Positions 11,552 to 24,637 of a stretch of DNA of 64,000 nt are shown piece after piece; the stretch's first letter is position 1, and every line of letters begins with the position of its first letter. The position numbers were made by a program, and so were the translations under genes. Source of the DNA: Anaeramoeba ignava BMAN (Eukaryota; Protista; Anaeramoebae); the NCBI GenBank assembly GCA_028826165.1, contig JAPDFW010000061.1:372001-436000 (forward strand), given 5' to 3'. The notes beneath the pieces are model-generated. The model worked only from the letters and a program-made list of their open reading frames with translations. It made no database searches and was not told where the DNA came from.

Positions 11552-13571
11552 CTAATTTAATCCTTTTGCTTTTTGATAAAGAGATCCAATCACAACATTT
11601 AAATTTTCCATAATTTCAATTGATAATTTATAAGTTTCCTATTTAATTTTGAATTTAAAAATTTAATTTTGAATTTAAAAAAATAAAAAAATATAATTTA
11701 CATCTGGAATAGTTTCATCATAAATAATTAAACATCCTGCTCCTTGATCAAGAATTCCTTCAAATTTTTTATCTAGAATCATTTGAGATAATCTTAATAA
11801 ATTAAAAAAATATAAATTAATAAATAAATTAAAATAAAAATTTTTAAATAATAATAAATTATTATACTTTGTTTCAACTGTTTTTGTATCAAGTTTAATT
11901 AAATCTGCAATATGTGATATTTCAACTCTTGAAAATGGTTCAATTAATCTGAGTAAATTTTGTTCAAGCATTGTTTCATAAAGTGAATTAAGTAAATTTT
12001 TAATAATTGGATCTTTCTTGTAATTCTTTTTATTTATTTTTATTTTGAATTAAATATTTTAAATTGGAATAAATATTTCTTTTTTAAATGGAAAATAAAA
12101 GAATAAACCTTTATCATATTCTTTAATAGCTTCATTGAATTTATGTAAAGATCTTTCAGAATATGCTTCAGAAATTTTAACTATACAATCAATTTCTCTT
12201 CCTGTAAATTTTGATGCTACTTTTTCCATTAATAATAAATATATAAAAATTTAAAATATTAATAATAAATATTTAAAATATAAATATTTAAAATATAAAT
12301 ATAAATATTTAAAATATAAATATAAATATAAATATAAATATAAATATTTAAAATATAAATATAATTTAAAATATAAATATAAATATAAATATAAATATTT
12401 AAAATATAAATATTTAAAATATAAATATAAATATAAATAAAACAAACATGTTCCATCATAATTTTTGTTAAAAGCATATATTTTAATGTGGAAATAGCTT
12501 CTTTTTCAATAAATTTAAATTTAGTTTGACCAACAATATTATCTGAATATTTTTTCTTAAGTTTTGGATCAAGAACAATAGTTGAATAACCTTCAAATGA
12601 TTCAAAAAAATAAGAGAAAGCAGTTTTAAAATCTTGTTCATGAATATGTAAAATTCCAGATAATTTATCCATTTCTGATTGTAATAAAGGTGGACAATAA
12701 ACTGCATTTGCTGATGTTCTTGCTGATGTAAGTGATGCTTTTGCTTTAGGTATGTTTTTCAATTCAATATGAATTTTAGTTTCAATCAAATTAACTTCAA
12801 TTAATAAAAGTTTATCATCTAATTTTTTCACTTCTTTAGCTAAATTAGTTATTGTTGTTAAAGCCATTTGGAAATTTGTATTTTCTAAATATCTTTTTTT
12901 TAAATATTAATTTTATAAATGAATTTTAATTTTAATTTTATAAATGAATTTTAATTTTAATTTTATAAATTAATTTTAATTTTATAAATGAATTTTATAA
13001 ATGAATTTTAATTTTAATTTTTAATTTTAATTTTTAATTTTAATTTTTAATTTTAATTTTAATTTTAATTTTAATTTTAATTTTAATTTTAATTTTAATT
13101 TTAATTTTAATTTTAATTTTTAAATGAATTTTAATTTTATAAATGAATTTTAATTTATAAATGAATATTAAAAATATACAAAGAAGCTAATTTTGATTCA
13201 AGTCTTTGTCTTAAATAAGAACGTTTTTCTTTTTTTGCCCAATCAATCCAATGAGAACAAACATGAATTTGTAAATCAATAGAATTAGGAATTTGATTAA
13301 TTAATTCAATTAATTTTCTAACAATTTTTGCAGTTCTAGCTTTTGGAAGTTGAAGGAAAAAATCTTGTAAAGAATCCATTAAATTTTTAATATTTTCACC
13401 AAATCCTAATTTTGCAAAAATTTCACCAATTTCAATAATTGTTTCTTCTTTAATTTTAATTTCTTCTTCATTTTCAGTTTTTGTTTGAATAATTTCTTGA
13501 TATTCTTTTAATATTTCTTTTTCATTTTTATTTTGTTTTGCTTTTTGATATTTTTCTTTAAGAGAAATCAT
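11552..13571 (-). CDS. PSMD11: 26S proteasome lid subunit Rpn6 (PCI domain), six exons
   Basis: [84 protein letters not shown]. Introns 13179-12893, 12447-~12235 (acceptor not visible), ~12108-12026, 11867-11793 and 11701-11639. Local indels near 12020 and 12223. Confidence 0.93.
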
Positions 13572-13803
13572 TTTTAAAATGAAAAAAATGAAAAATGAAA
13601 AAATTAAAAATGAAAAATTAAAAAATTAAAAAATGAAAAATTGAAAAAATTAAAAGTCAAATTGTTTTTGTTTTTGTTTTTGTTTTTGTTTTTGTTTTTG
13701 TTTTTGTTTTTGTTGATCAAAAAATATAAAAGAAAAATAATCAAATCTTTTTTCCATTTTTTTCTTCTTCTTCTTCAAATTGTTATTTATAAAGATAAAA
13801 ATA

Positions 13804-15877
13804 ATGAATCAATCAAATTTTTTAAATCAAAATTCTCAAAATAAAAAATCTTTTGATTCTATTAATTCGAATGAATTAGAAATTTTCTCAAATAAAATTA
13901 ATCAAAAAAAAGAAGAAAATGGAACAAAAAGTAAAAATTAAAAAAAAAAAGAAGAAAAATAAAAATTCCACTTTTTAATTAATTCTTTTTCTTTTTTTTC
14001 TTTATTAAGATTTACTTCAAGGATTTTCAGATTTATTCCAAAAAATTTCACATTTAGAAACAGAAAAAGATAAAATTTCAACTCAATTTCAAAAAGTGAA
14101 TGAAAATGAAAATGAAAATCAAATTCATATTCAAAAACATTTTTTAAATACTTTCGAAGAAATTCATTTTATGATTCAAGAATTAATTTCTAAAATGGAT
14201 TCTTTGGAATTTTTTTCTGAAGAAAATGAATTCAATAATTTACAAAAATTAGAAGAAATTATTCAAGAATTTGAAAAAATATTTCATTCCACTTTTTATC
14301 AAGAAAATTTTTCTTCTTTCAATTCAGAATTTCAAAGCTATTTTGATTTTGTTGTTCAATTAATTCAAGATTTACAAAAAGATTTAGAATTTGAATCTCA
14401 TAATTTGATTGAAAAAAAAAGAAATGAAAAAAGAATAAATAATTTAAGAAAAGAGAATCAAGAAATTGAGCAAGAATTAGAAAAAATCAAAATTCTTGGA
14501 TTAACATATTTAGAAATTAGTAATATTTTTGGATTAAAGGAATTTGGATCATCAATTCAAAATCAAAATCAAAATCTAAATCAAAATCAAAATCAAAATC
14601 AAAATCAAAATCAAAATCAAAATCAAAATCAAAATCAAAATCAAAATCAAAATCAAAATCAAAATCAAAATCAAAATCAAAATCAAAATCAAAATCAAAA
14701 TCTAAATCAAAATCTAAATCAAAATCAAAATCAAAATCAAAATCAAAATCAAAATTCAAAATCAAATTCAAAATCAAAATCAAAATCAATTTCAAAATCT
14801 AAATCAAAATCAATTTGAAAATCAAAATCAAAATCAAAATCAAAATCAAAATCAAAATCAAAATCAAAATCAAAATCTAAATCAAAATCAAAATGAAATA
14901 GATCAATTTGAATTTCCTTTTCATTCTCTTTCTCATCTTTCTGATTTCTCTCAATCAAATGTTCCAAAAAATGTTCCAAAAAATGTTCCAAAAAATATAC
15001 AATCATTTCAAAAAGCAAAATCTGAATTACTTCAAACTCGATTTAATGAATTTCTTTTGAAAAGAAAAACAAAATCTCAAAATCGAATTTCCAGAAATAA
15101 ATCAGTATCTTTTTTCGTTGATGATCTTTCTACTAAAAATCAAAATCAAAATCAAAATCAAAATCAAAATCAAAATCAAAATCAAAATCAAAATCAAAAT
15201 CAAAATCAAAATCAAAATCAAAATCAAAATCAAAATCAAAATCAAAATCAAAATCAAAATCAAATTCAAAATCAAAATCAAATTCAAAATCAAAATCTAA
15301 ATCAAAATCAAAATCAATTTCAAAATCAAAATCAAAATCAAAATCAAATTAAAAATCAAAATCAAAATCAATTTCAAAATCAAAATCAAAATCAAAATCA
15401 AAATCAAATTAAAATCAAAATCAAAATCAAAATCAAAATTCAAATTAAAATCAAAATCAATTTCAAATTAAAAATCAAAATCAAAATTCTCAAAAATCTA
15501 ATTTCTTTTCAAATAATTTCAATTCTTCTTTCAAAACAAAATCAACTCCAATTCTTGATTCCAAATTAAAAGATTCAAATTTAAATTTTAATAGAAATGA
15601 AAGAGTAAAAAAATTTGTAAATGAACAAAACAAAATTCAATCCAAAAGAGAAAAAAAAGAAAATCTTCCAAAAAAAAATTTAGAATTTAATCAACTTAAA
15701 AAAATACTTAAATTTGATAGAAAATTAATGAAAGAAGGAAAAGAAAAATTACTTTCAATTATGAAATTTGATCAAACAATAAATGAAAAAAAAGAAAAAA
15801 AATATCAAAAAATCTTATTAATGATGGAAAATGGAATTAAAAATCATTCTCAATTATTAACAAGTAAATCCAAATAA
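13804..15877 (+). CDS. Hypothetical coiled-coil protein with long (NQ)n tracts, frameshifted within the repeats
   Basis: ATG at 13804. Intron 13931-14009 joins in frame to ORF 14096. Coding-like sequence continues through ORF 15057 to TAA at 15877. No recognisable domain. Confidence 0.55.
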
Positions 15878-16034
15878 ATGAAATATTAAAAATTCAAATT
15901 AAAAGTCAAATTGAAAATTGTTTGTTTCCATTTTTTTAGTTTTAAATTAAAAAAACCATTTTAAAAGAAAATTGCTTTTTTTTTTGTTCATGAAAAATGA
16001 GAAATTTAAATGATAAAATGATTAATCAAATAAT

Positions 16035-18707
16035 TCAATCTCTAAAGATTCGTCTACGCATTGGATATAAAAATGAGAACAAAAACACAATAAACCAAAA
16101 CACAATTATTTTGAAAATAAGTCTAATTTTTCTTTCTTTGATTGTGAATGGTTTTTCATTTTGATTTCGAATTTGATTTTGATTTTGATTTTGATTTTGA
16201 TTTTGATTTTGATTTTGATTTTGATTTTGATTTTGATTTAGATTTTCATTTTGATTTTGATTTTGATTTTGATTTTGATTTTGATTTTGATTTTGATTTT
16301 GATTTTGATTTTGATTTTGATTTTGATTTTGATTTTGATTTAGATTTAGATTTTGATTTTGATTTTGATTTTGATTTAGATTTTGATTTTGATTTTGATT
16401 TTGATTTTGATTTTGATTTTGATTTTGATTTTGATTTTGATTTAGATTTTCATTTTTATTTTTATTTTGATTTTGATTCAAAAAATTCGATGGATAAAAT
16501 CCTATTCCATTCATTGGGTTATTAGAAATAATTCCATAATCAAATTGAGGTGGAAAATTAAATAAATCCTTTTCATTTTGATTTTCTAAAATTTCTTGAG
16601 AATATTTTCCAAGTAAAACCAAATTTTGAATTAATTGTCTTTCTTGTTGAAAAATTTCAGATGATAAATAATTTATTCTAAGTTGAGAATTTTGGATTAT
16701 TTGGAGCAAACCATTTCTTTCTCCAAGTTTGTTTTGTAAATTAGATAAAATCATTTTTGATTGATTTTTGAGATTTTGTATATCAATATCGTTTAAAGAA
16801 TTTTGGATATTTTGATTTTGATTTTGATTTTGATTTTGATTTTGATTTTGATTTTGATTTTGATTTTGATTTTGATTTTGATTTTGATTTTGAATTTGAT
16901 TTTGATTTTGATTTTGATTTTGATTTTGATTTTGATTTTGATTTTGATTTTGATTTTGATTTTGATTTTGATTTTGATTTTGATTTTGATTTTGATTTTG
17001 ATTTTGATTTTGAATTTGATTTTGATTTTGATTTTGATTTTGGTTTAGATTTTGATTTTGAAATTGATTTTGATTTTGATTTTGAATTTCATTTTGATTT
17101 TGATTTTGATTTTGATTTTGAATTTCATTTTGATTTGTTTCTGTGTTTGATTGATTATTGTTATTAGATTCTTCATTTTTCTTTCTTTCTTCAGCTTTTC
17201 TTTGTTGAATTTCTTTAAATTCTTGATGAATTGTACATTCACTATTTGGGCATTTCCAATTCATTGATTCTTTAGCTAAATGCATTCTTGATTCTTTAGT
17301 TGCAACAACAGCACCTATTCCTTGATCATCATCAGGAAACATGCTAATTAGAGCTATTAATATTGTTCTAATACTCCATGATGGTTTCCAATTTTCTGGA
17401 TGATTTCTTAACATTGATAAACATATTTTGGTTCCTGGTGTAAATCTTCCATTTGGTGTTAGGAATATGATATCAGGTGGTTTGTGTGGATATTCATATG
17501 GAAGAATAAGTTTCCCATGATAAATACCCCCTTTTTCGATTTTCAATTTTATTATTAAAATTATTTATAAAATTAAATATAAAATTAAATATAAAATTAT
17601 TTATAAAATTAAATATAAAATTATTTATAAAATTATTTATAAAATAAATTATTTATAAAATTATTTATAAAATTATTTATAAAATTATTTATAAAATTAT
17701 TTATAAAATTATATAAAAAATTATTATTTATAAAAATTTTAAAATTGTTAATAAAATTATTTATAAAATTATTTATAAATTCTAAATTAAATTTATTATA
17801 AAAATTATTTATTAAAATTATTTATTAAAATTATTTATAAAATTAAATATAAAAATTAATTATAAAAATTAATTATAAAATTAATTATAAAATTATTTAT
17901 TAAATTATTTATAAAAATATAAAAATATAAAATTATTTATAAAATTAAAAAAATATAAAATTAATTATAAAAAAATTAATTATAAAATTATTTATTAAAA
18001 TTATTTATAAAATTATTTATTAAAATTATTTATAAAATTAAATATAAAATTAATTATATAAAAATTAATATTTATAAAATTAATTATAAAATTAAATATA
18101 AAATTATTTATAAAATTAATTATAAAATTATTTATAAAATTATTTATAAAATTATTTATAAAAATTATTTATAAAAAAATTAAATATAAAAATTATTTAT
18201 AAAATTATTTATAAAATTATTTATAAAATTATTTATAAAAATTAAATATAAAAAATTAATTATAAAATTATTTTATAAAATTATTTATAAAATTATTTAT
18301 AAAAAATTAAATATTAAATTATTTATAAAATTATTTATAAAATTATTTATAAAATTATTTATAAAATTATTTATAAAATTATTTATAAAATTAAATATAA
18401 AATTAATTATAAAATTATTTATAAAATTATTTATAAAATTATTTATAAAATTAAATATTAAATTATTTATAAAATTATTTATAAAATTATTTATAAAATT
18501 ATTTATAAATTCTAAATTAAAATTCTAAATTAAATTTATTATAAAAATTATATATGAAAATTTACCTTCAAAAGGTGTTTCAGAAGGACCTAAAATTGTA
18601 AAATGAAACTCATAAATATTATCTGATAATGGAGCTGCAATAAAATCACCTTCTTTATCATTTTGTAATTCTTGAACTTCCTTTAAAATTCTTTTAGTTG
18701 AAAACAT
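16035..18707 (-). CDS. UBE2J1: ER tail-anchored ubiquitin-conjugating enzyme E2 J1 (Ubc6 family)
   Basis: MFSTKRILKE...YEFHFTILGPSETPFEG|GIYHGKLILPYEYPHKPP...TPNGRF...KICLSM...HPENWKPSWSIRT with the catalytic Cys. C-terminal TM helix. One intron, 18565-17531. Confidence 0.9.
17531..18565 (-). repeat. ~1-kb intron filled with a 12-bp ATAAAATTATTT satellite
   Basis: Tandem repeat between the UBE2J1 donor GTAAAT and acceptor AAAAG. Confidence 0.85.
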
Positions 18708-18785
18708 TTGAAAAAAAAAAGGAAAAAAAAATGAAAAAAATTTTTTTTTCATTTTTAATTTTTCATTTTTTCATTTAATTTTAAA

Positions 18786-21179
18786 ATGAAAATCTCTTTT
18801 AATTTTTTAATTGTTTTATTTCTAATTTTTTCAATTTCTTTTTTTTTAACAAAAGCAAATAATTTTGCAAGTACAAACGTTTTAAAAGAAAAAGAATTGA
18901 AAGAAATAGAAAAAATAACAAAAAAAGCATTTAAAGAAAAAGATATTGAAAAATTCACACCTCAAAATCTATTCTATTCAATTTTAACCTTCAAAACACT
19001 TTCCAAAATTTCAACCGAAAACAAACCATTTGAAACAAAAAATTTCCCAAAAAATTTACCAATTTCTAAAGAAAAAATATGCAAATTTGTTATTGAAAAA
19101 GTAGTTTCTGATTATAATTTTGAAAATGTCGACAAATCAATTATGGAGTTGAAATTTTTAACAGAAATTTATTCAGAAATGGATTGCAAAGCTGAGAAAA
19201 ATGCGAATTTAGTGATTCCCAAAAGAACAATTTCGAAATTGCGAGCAAAATTAAATTCAAGAAATTCTGAAGTAATTTCTAATTCAGGAATAACTTTAAT
19301 TAATTTTATCAAATTTTTTGATGTCGAAAAATCACGTGAAGAAATCATCCCCAAAATCATGACAAAACTTGATTCTCTGTTGGATTCACTTGAAGAATAT
19401 GATGAAAATGAAGAAGATAATGATGACGATTATTCTTCTTATGAAAAACATTCTTATCAAACAAAGGATTCAGAAAAACTCGCGACTGTTCTTGAATTAT
19501 TCAGTAAAATTAATAGTGATTTATTGAAAAAAGAAAATGAGGAAAAGAATCCAGAATCGTTTGAATTACTCAAGCAAAGACTAAAAGGTGTTATTGAGGA
19601 TATTTCGGATTATATTGTTTATATTGAAGAAGAAATTGAAGACGAAGATTTAAGTGAATTGCTCATCAAAACAAGCCTCCAAAACTCCGCAAGTTTCCAC
19701 AATCGCAAGGACAATCCCGACCCCAAAATAACATCAACCATTTTAAATGCACTTTGTGTTATCAAAGATGTTCTTGAAATTGATATTGAACCTCGTATTT
19801 TTTCTGACAGTTTTTCCAATGAAATTGCAAATTTTTTCCTCAGTTTTAAAACTTCAAAGGAAATATCTCTCATCTCTCAAATGCTTTCATCTCTTGCTCT
19901 GATTAACTCAAGAAGCGATATCTACATCAAGCCTGTGGCTGTTACTGTTGTTGATGGAGATAAAATCACACTTGCTTCTTCTCAAGCAAAAGGATCCAAA
20001 ATTGATTTTTTTGTTTCGGATTTATTTGCTAATGAAATTGAAGGAATTTCCGAAGTTTTTGTTAATAAAATTGTTCGGATTGGTGAGCACAAATCACAAG
20101 TGTTGTCGAATTTAAAATTGGAAAGCGCGAAAAAGAATATTTTTGAGTTTGATTTTTTGTCTTCAAAACCTATGGTTGGAATTTATAAAACTGACTTGAA
20201 AATTGAACATATTCTGGAAGACAAAAGCGAAGAAAACGAAGAAAAAGAATCAAGAACAATTTACTCCTCAATATTGCTTAAGGTTGTTGGACCAATCACT
20301 GTTTCAGATATTGAAATTTCTGTTTCAGATAAAATCACAACAAGAACAACTAAATTCCGTTCAGTTTTTCCAGAACCAATTTCAGGTCTTTATGAGATTG
20401 ATTCATCAAAACAAACAGAGATTTCTTTGAAAATTTACAATTTACTCACAACCCAATACGAATTTCCTCACCAAGTCATGCTGAGATTAACAAAAATCCA
20501 AGAGCAAATTGATTCAAATGAAGCGGAAAAAAATCATAAATTTTCACAAAAAGAAAATCCAACTTATTATTTAACAATGAAACCAATTGCAGATATTTTA
20601 AGAACAGAAATCAAGAAGAAATCCAAATTCAATTACGTTTCACAATTTAGTTTCCAAGAAATCGCATCTCAATTTTTAATGGAATCAGGAAAATACTCAA
20701 TGGAATTAATTGTTGGTGATTTTTTTACTGAAAAACCGATCACTTGGTTTTTATCAGAAATCTATTTGAATTTTGAAAATGTTTCAATCACAAGTGAAGA
20801 ATACTCAAAATCAAAAGAATTCTTATTTTCTGCTAAACCAGAAATATGGGCAAAAACACCAGAAGAAAAAGTTTGCAAAGAACGTTTCATTTCAAAAATT
20901 TTTGCAATTATTGTTTTAATTCCATCTCTCTTTTTGATTGTGTTTTTGTTCAAAATTGGAATCAATTTCGGAAACTTCCCTTCTTTATTAAAAGATGGTT
21001 TAATTCCTTTCGTTCTTAACAATTTATTTGTGATTGGTTTGTTTTTGGTTGGTTATGTTCTTGTTATGCTTTGGATTCAATTCGATATTTTTCAAACAAC
21101 TTTATATCTTTTTTTCTTAACACTTCTTCTTGGATTTACTGGAATTTTTGGTTTTCAAAAGAAACAAAAAGTTGATTAA
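18786..21179 (+). CDS. RPN2: Oligosaccharyltransferase subunit ribophorin II (Swp1/RPN2)
   Basis: Signal peptide, PHQVMLRL, SGKYSMELIVGD, KPEI, three C-terminal TM helices and a Lys-rich C-terminus. Confidence 0.8.
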   Translation: MKISFNFLIVLFLIFSISFFLTKANNFASTNVLKEKELKEIEKITKKAFKEKDIEKFTPQNLFYSILTFKTLSKISTENKPFETKNFPKNLPISKEKICKFVIEKVVSDYNFENVDKSIMELKFLTEIYSEMDCKAEKNANLVIPKRTISKLRAKLNSRNSEVISNSGITLINFIKFFDVEKSREEIIPKIMTKLDSLLDSLEEYDENEEDNDDDYSSYEKHSYQTKDSEKLATVLELFSKINSDLLKKENEEKNPESFELLKQRLKGVIEDISDYIVYIEEEIEDEDLSELLIKTSLQNSASFHNRKDNPDPKITSTILNALCVIKDVLEIDIEPRIFSDSFSNEIANFFLSFKTSKEISLISQMLSSLALINSRSDIYIKPVAVTVVDGDKITLASSQAKGSKIDFFVSDLFANEIEGISEVFVNKIVRIGEHKSQVLSNLKLESAKKNIFEFDFLSSKPMVGIYKTDLKIEHILEDKSEENEEKESRTIYSSILLKVVGPITVSDIEISVSDKITTRTTKFRSVFPEPISGLYEIDSSKQTEISLKIYNLLTTQYEFPHQVMLRLTKIQEQIDSNEAEKNHKFSQKENPTYYLTMKPIADILRTEIKKKSKFNYVSQFSFQEIASQFLMESGKYSMELIVGDFFTEKPITWFLSEIYLNFENVSITSEEYSKSKEFLFSAKPEIWAKTPEEKVCKERFISKIFAIIVLIPSLFLIVFLFKIGINFGNFPSLLKDGLIPFVLNNLFVIGLFLVGYVLVMLWIQFDIFQTTLYLFFLTLLLGFTGIFGFQKKQKVD

Positions 21180-21385
21180 TTTTTTTTTTTTTACCAATTC
21201 AAAACAAAAAAAAATTTTTTTTTTCTTTTAGGGAAAATTTTTTTAAACAATTAGATTCAACAAATTTTTTTTTTTTCAAAAGGAAATAAAATAATCATTT
21301 TAAAGAATAAAAAAAAAGGATTAAAAAGTTTAATTTTTTAATTTTTTCTTTTGAAAAAAAAAATAACATAAAAAATAAAATTATT

Positions 21386-22863
21386 TTAAATTCGATCTGA
21401 AATTTTTTTGAAAGTTAAGCATTGCATAATTAAAAAAGAACCAGCAAGAAATCCAACAATAATCCATCCAATAGAACGAGCATCTTGTTTTGTAAATCTT
21501 GGAGTTTGACCTGCAATTTGAGCAGGTCCAAGATAACCATCAGCTCCAGAAATTCCTTTTGGATAACACATTGCATCTGGGTGATCTTTTCTTTATATTT
21601 TTAATTATAAATTTAATATTAATTTTATAAATGAATTTTATAAATGAATTTTATAAATAAATTTTAATTTTAATTTTAATTTTAATTTTAATTTTATAAA
21701 TGAATTTTAATTTTAATTATAATTTTAATATTAATTTTAATTTTAATTTTATAAATGAATTTTAATTTTAATTTTAATTTTATAAATGAATTTTAATTTT
21801 AATTTTTATTTTAATTTTTAATTTTAATTTCAATTTTAATTTTAAATTTAATTTTAATATTAATTTTAATTTTAATTTTAATTATAATTTTAATATTAAT
21901 TTAAATTTTAATTTTATAAATGAATTTTAATTTTAATTTTAATTTTATAAATGAATTTTAATTTTAATTTTAATTTTAATTTTTTTTAATTTTGATTTTT
22001 ATTTTATTTTAATTTTATTTTTATTTTTATTTTTAATTTTAATTTTAATTTTAATTTTAATTTTAATTTTAATTTTAATTTTAATTTTAATTTTAATTTT
22101 TAATTTTTAATTTTAATTTTAATTTTAATTTTAATTTTAATTTTAATTTTAATTTTAATTTTAATTTTAATTTTAATTATAATTTTTATTTGAAATAAAA
22201 TTTAATTTAATTTTAATTTTAATTTTAATTTTTAATTTTAATTTTAATTTTAATTTTAATTTTAATTTTAATTTTAATTTTAATTTGAATTTTAATTTTA
22301 ATTTTATAAATGAATTATAATTTTAATTATAATTTTATAAATGAATTTAATTTTAATTTTAATTTGAATTTTATTTTTAATTTTAGTTTTAATTTTAATA
22401 TTAATTTTATAAATGAATTTTAATTTTAATTTTAATTTTAATTTGAATCGAATTAACGATAAAGGAAAAGGGAAAATAAGTACAAAATTCCAGAACCAGG
22501 AGTTTGAATACTACAAGCATGACAAACAAAACGTAGACAAACACCAGTCCAAGTAGCATTTGTATCACATCTTCCGCAAACAACAGAAGAGTTTGCATAA
22601 GCACAATCTTGACTATTGCAAAATTGGCCGAATTTAGTATCTTTTTTGTACTCACGACATTTAGCTGGAACTTGAGTACCATCGCAATATGAATCAATTT
22701 CGCAATCGCTATTAGCTTGACATTCAACACAAATACCTGATCCAATATCACAAACTGGATGTCCTTTACTTGAACAATCTAAATTACTTGCGCAACTCAT
22801 AGTTAGTTTTATCTCAAATATTATTATTATTATTATGAATAAAAAACCAAAATCCAAATTCAT
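21386..22863 (-). CDS. Small Cys-rich membrane protein (signal peptide, CxxNxDC repeats, C-terminal TM)
   Basis: Exons 22863-22484 and 21590-21386 join in frame (PGSGIL-KDHPDAMCYP) across a GTACTT...TAAAG intron filled with (AAAATT)n. Confidence 0.75.
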
Positions 22864-23059
22864 TTCAAAAAAAAAATAAATTTTAATTTTTTTTATTTTT
22901 TTTATTTTTCATTTTTTTTTTTCTTCTTTCTTCTTTCTTGTTTCTTGTTAAAATTTCTTTTATTTTTTCTTTCTTAATTAATTAAAAAAAAAAATCATTT
23001 ATTTCTTTCTTTTTTTTTTTTAACAAATTTATAATTTAAAAAGTAAAAAAAAATTTTTT

Positions 23060-24625
23060 TTACAATTCCCCATCAATTTAACTTGATTTAATTTATTACA
23101 ATAAATCAAACAAATTCAATTCAATTTTATAAATAAATTCAATTTAATTTAATTCAATTCAATTCAATTCAATTTTACAAATAAATTCAATTCAAATTCA
23201 ATTTAATAAATAAATTCAATTCAATTCAATTCAATTTAATAAATAAATTCAATTCAATTCAATTTAATAAATAAATTCAATTCAATTCAATTTAATAAAT
23301 AAATAAATTCAATTTAATTCAATTCAATTCAATTTAATAAATAAATTCAATTCAATTTAATAAATAAATTCAATTCAATTTAATAAATAAATTCAATTCA
23401 ATTCAATTCAATTTAATAAATAAATCAATTCAATTTAATTCAATTCAATTCAATTCAATTTAATTCAATTCAATTCAATTCAATTCAATTTTATAAATAA
23501 ATAAATTTAATTCAATACAATTTAATTCAATTCAATTTAATTCAATTTAATAAATAAATTTAATTCAATTCAATTCAATTCAATTCAATTTAATTCAATT
23601 TAACTTGATTTAATTTAATAAATAAATTCAATTTAATAAATAAATTCAATTTAATAAATAAATTCAATTTAATAAATAAATTCAATTTAATAAATAAATT
23701 CAATTCAATTTAATAAATTCAATTCAATTCAATTCAATTCAATTCAATTCAATTCAATTTAATAAATAATTCAATTTAATTCAATTCAATTCAATTTAAT
23801 AAATAAATAAATAAATTCAATTTAATTCAATTCAAATTCAATTTAATAAATAAATTCAATTCAATTCAATACAATACAATTCAATTCAATTCAAATTCAA
23901 TTTAATAAATAAATTCAATTCAATTTAATTCAATTCAATTCAATTTAATTCAATTTAATAAATAAACTTAATAAATAAATAAATTCAATTCAATTCAATT
24001 TAATAAATAAATTCAATTCAATTTAATTCAATTTAATTTTATAAATAAATAAATTTAATTCAATTCAATTCAATTCAAATTCAATTCAAATTCAATTCAA
24101 ATTCAATTTAATAAATAAATTCAATTCAATTCAATTCAATTCAATTCAAATTCAATTTAATAAATAAATTCAATTCAATTCAATTCAATTCAATTCAATT
24201 CAATTCAATTTAATAAATAAATTCAATTCAATTCAATTCAATTCAATTTAATAAATAAATAAATTCAATTTAATTCAATTCAATTCAATTCAATTTAATA
24301 AATAAATAAATAAATTCAATTTAATTCAATTCAATTTAATTCAATACAATTCAATTCAATTTAATAAATTTAATTCAATTTAATAAATTTAATTCAAATT
24401 CAATTTAATAAATTTAATTCAATTTAATAAATAAACTTAATAAATAAATCAATTCAATTTAATAAATAAATTCAATTCAATTTTATAAATAAATAAATAA
24501 ATTCAATTCAATTCAATTCAATTCAATTTTATAAATAAATAAATTCAATTTAATTTAATACAATTCAATTCAATTCAATTTTATAAATAAATTCAATTTT
24601 ATAAATAAATTCAATTTTATAAATA
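23060..24625. repeat. AATTC / AATAAATAAATTC compound satellite, probably inside a 5'-UTR intron of the bromodomain gene
   Basis: About 1.55 kb of pentamer-based repeat. GT at 23043 and AAAG at 24629, 9 nt before the ATG. No AG seen between them. Confidence 0.85.
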
Positions 24626-24637
24626 AAAGAAAAAAAT

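Noticed and set aside
1890-12230. Programmed frameshifting or pseudogenisation in BTB-TLDc, CPSF6-like and Rpn6
   Set aside because: The breaks are single-base indels in A/T homopolymers, in both directions and with no common slippery motif, and they hit a normally essential gene (Rpn6). Long-read error is the simpler explanation.
12225-12447. Rpn6 intron 2 lacks an AG acceptor and several conserved codons (possible non-canonical or trans-splicing)
   Set aside because: The gap abuts a (TATATT)n repeat and nearby indels, so local misassembly is more likely. It cannot be resolved without reads.
11552-21179. Functional ubiquitin-proteasome cluster (Rpn6, UBE2J1, BTB genes) or translation cluster (eIF2B-epsilon with eIF3g-like)
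   Set aside because: The genes are interspersed with unrelated ones in mixed orientation. Chance adjacency in a gene-dense genome is sufficient without synteny data.
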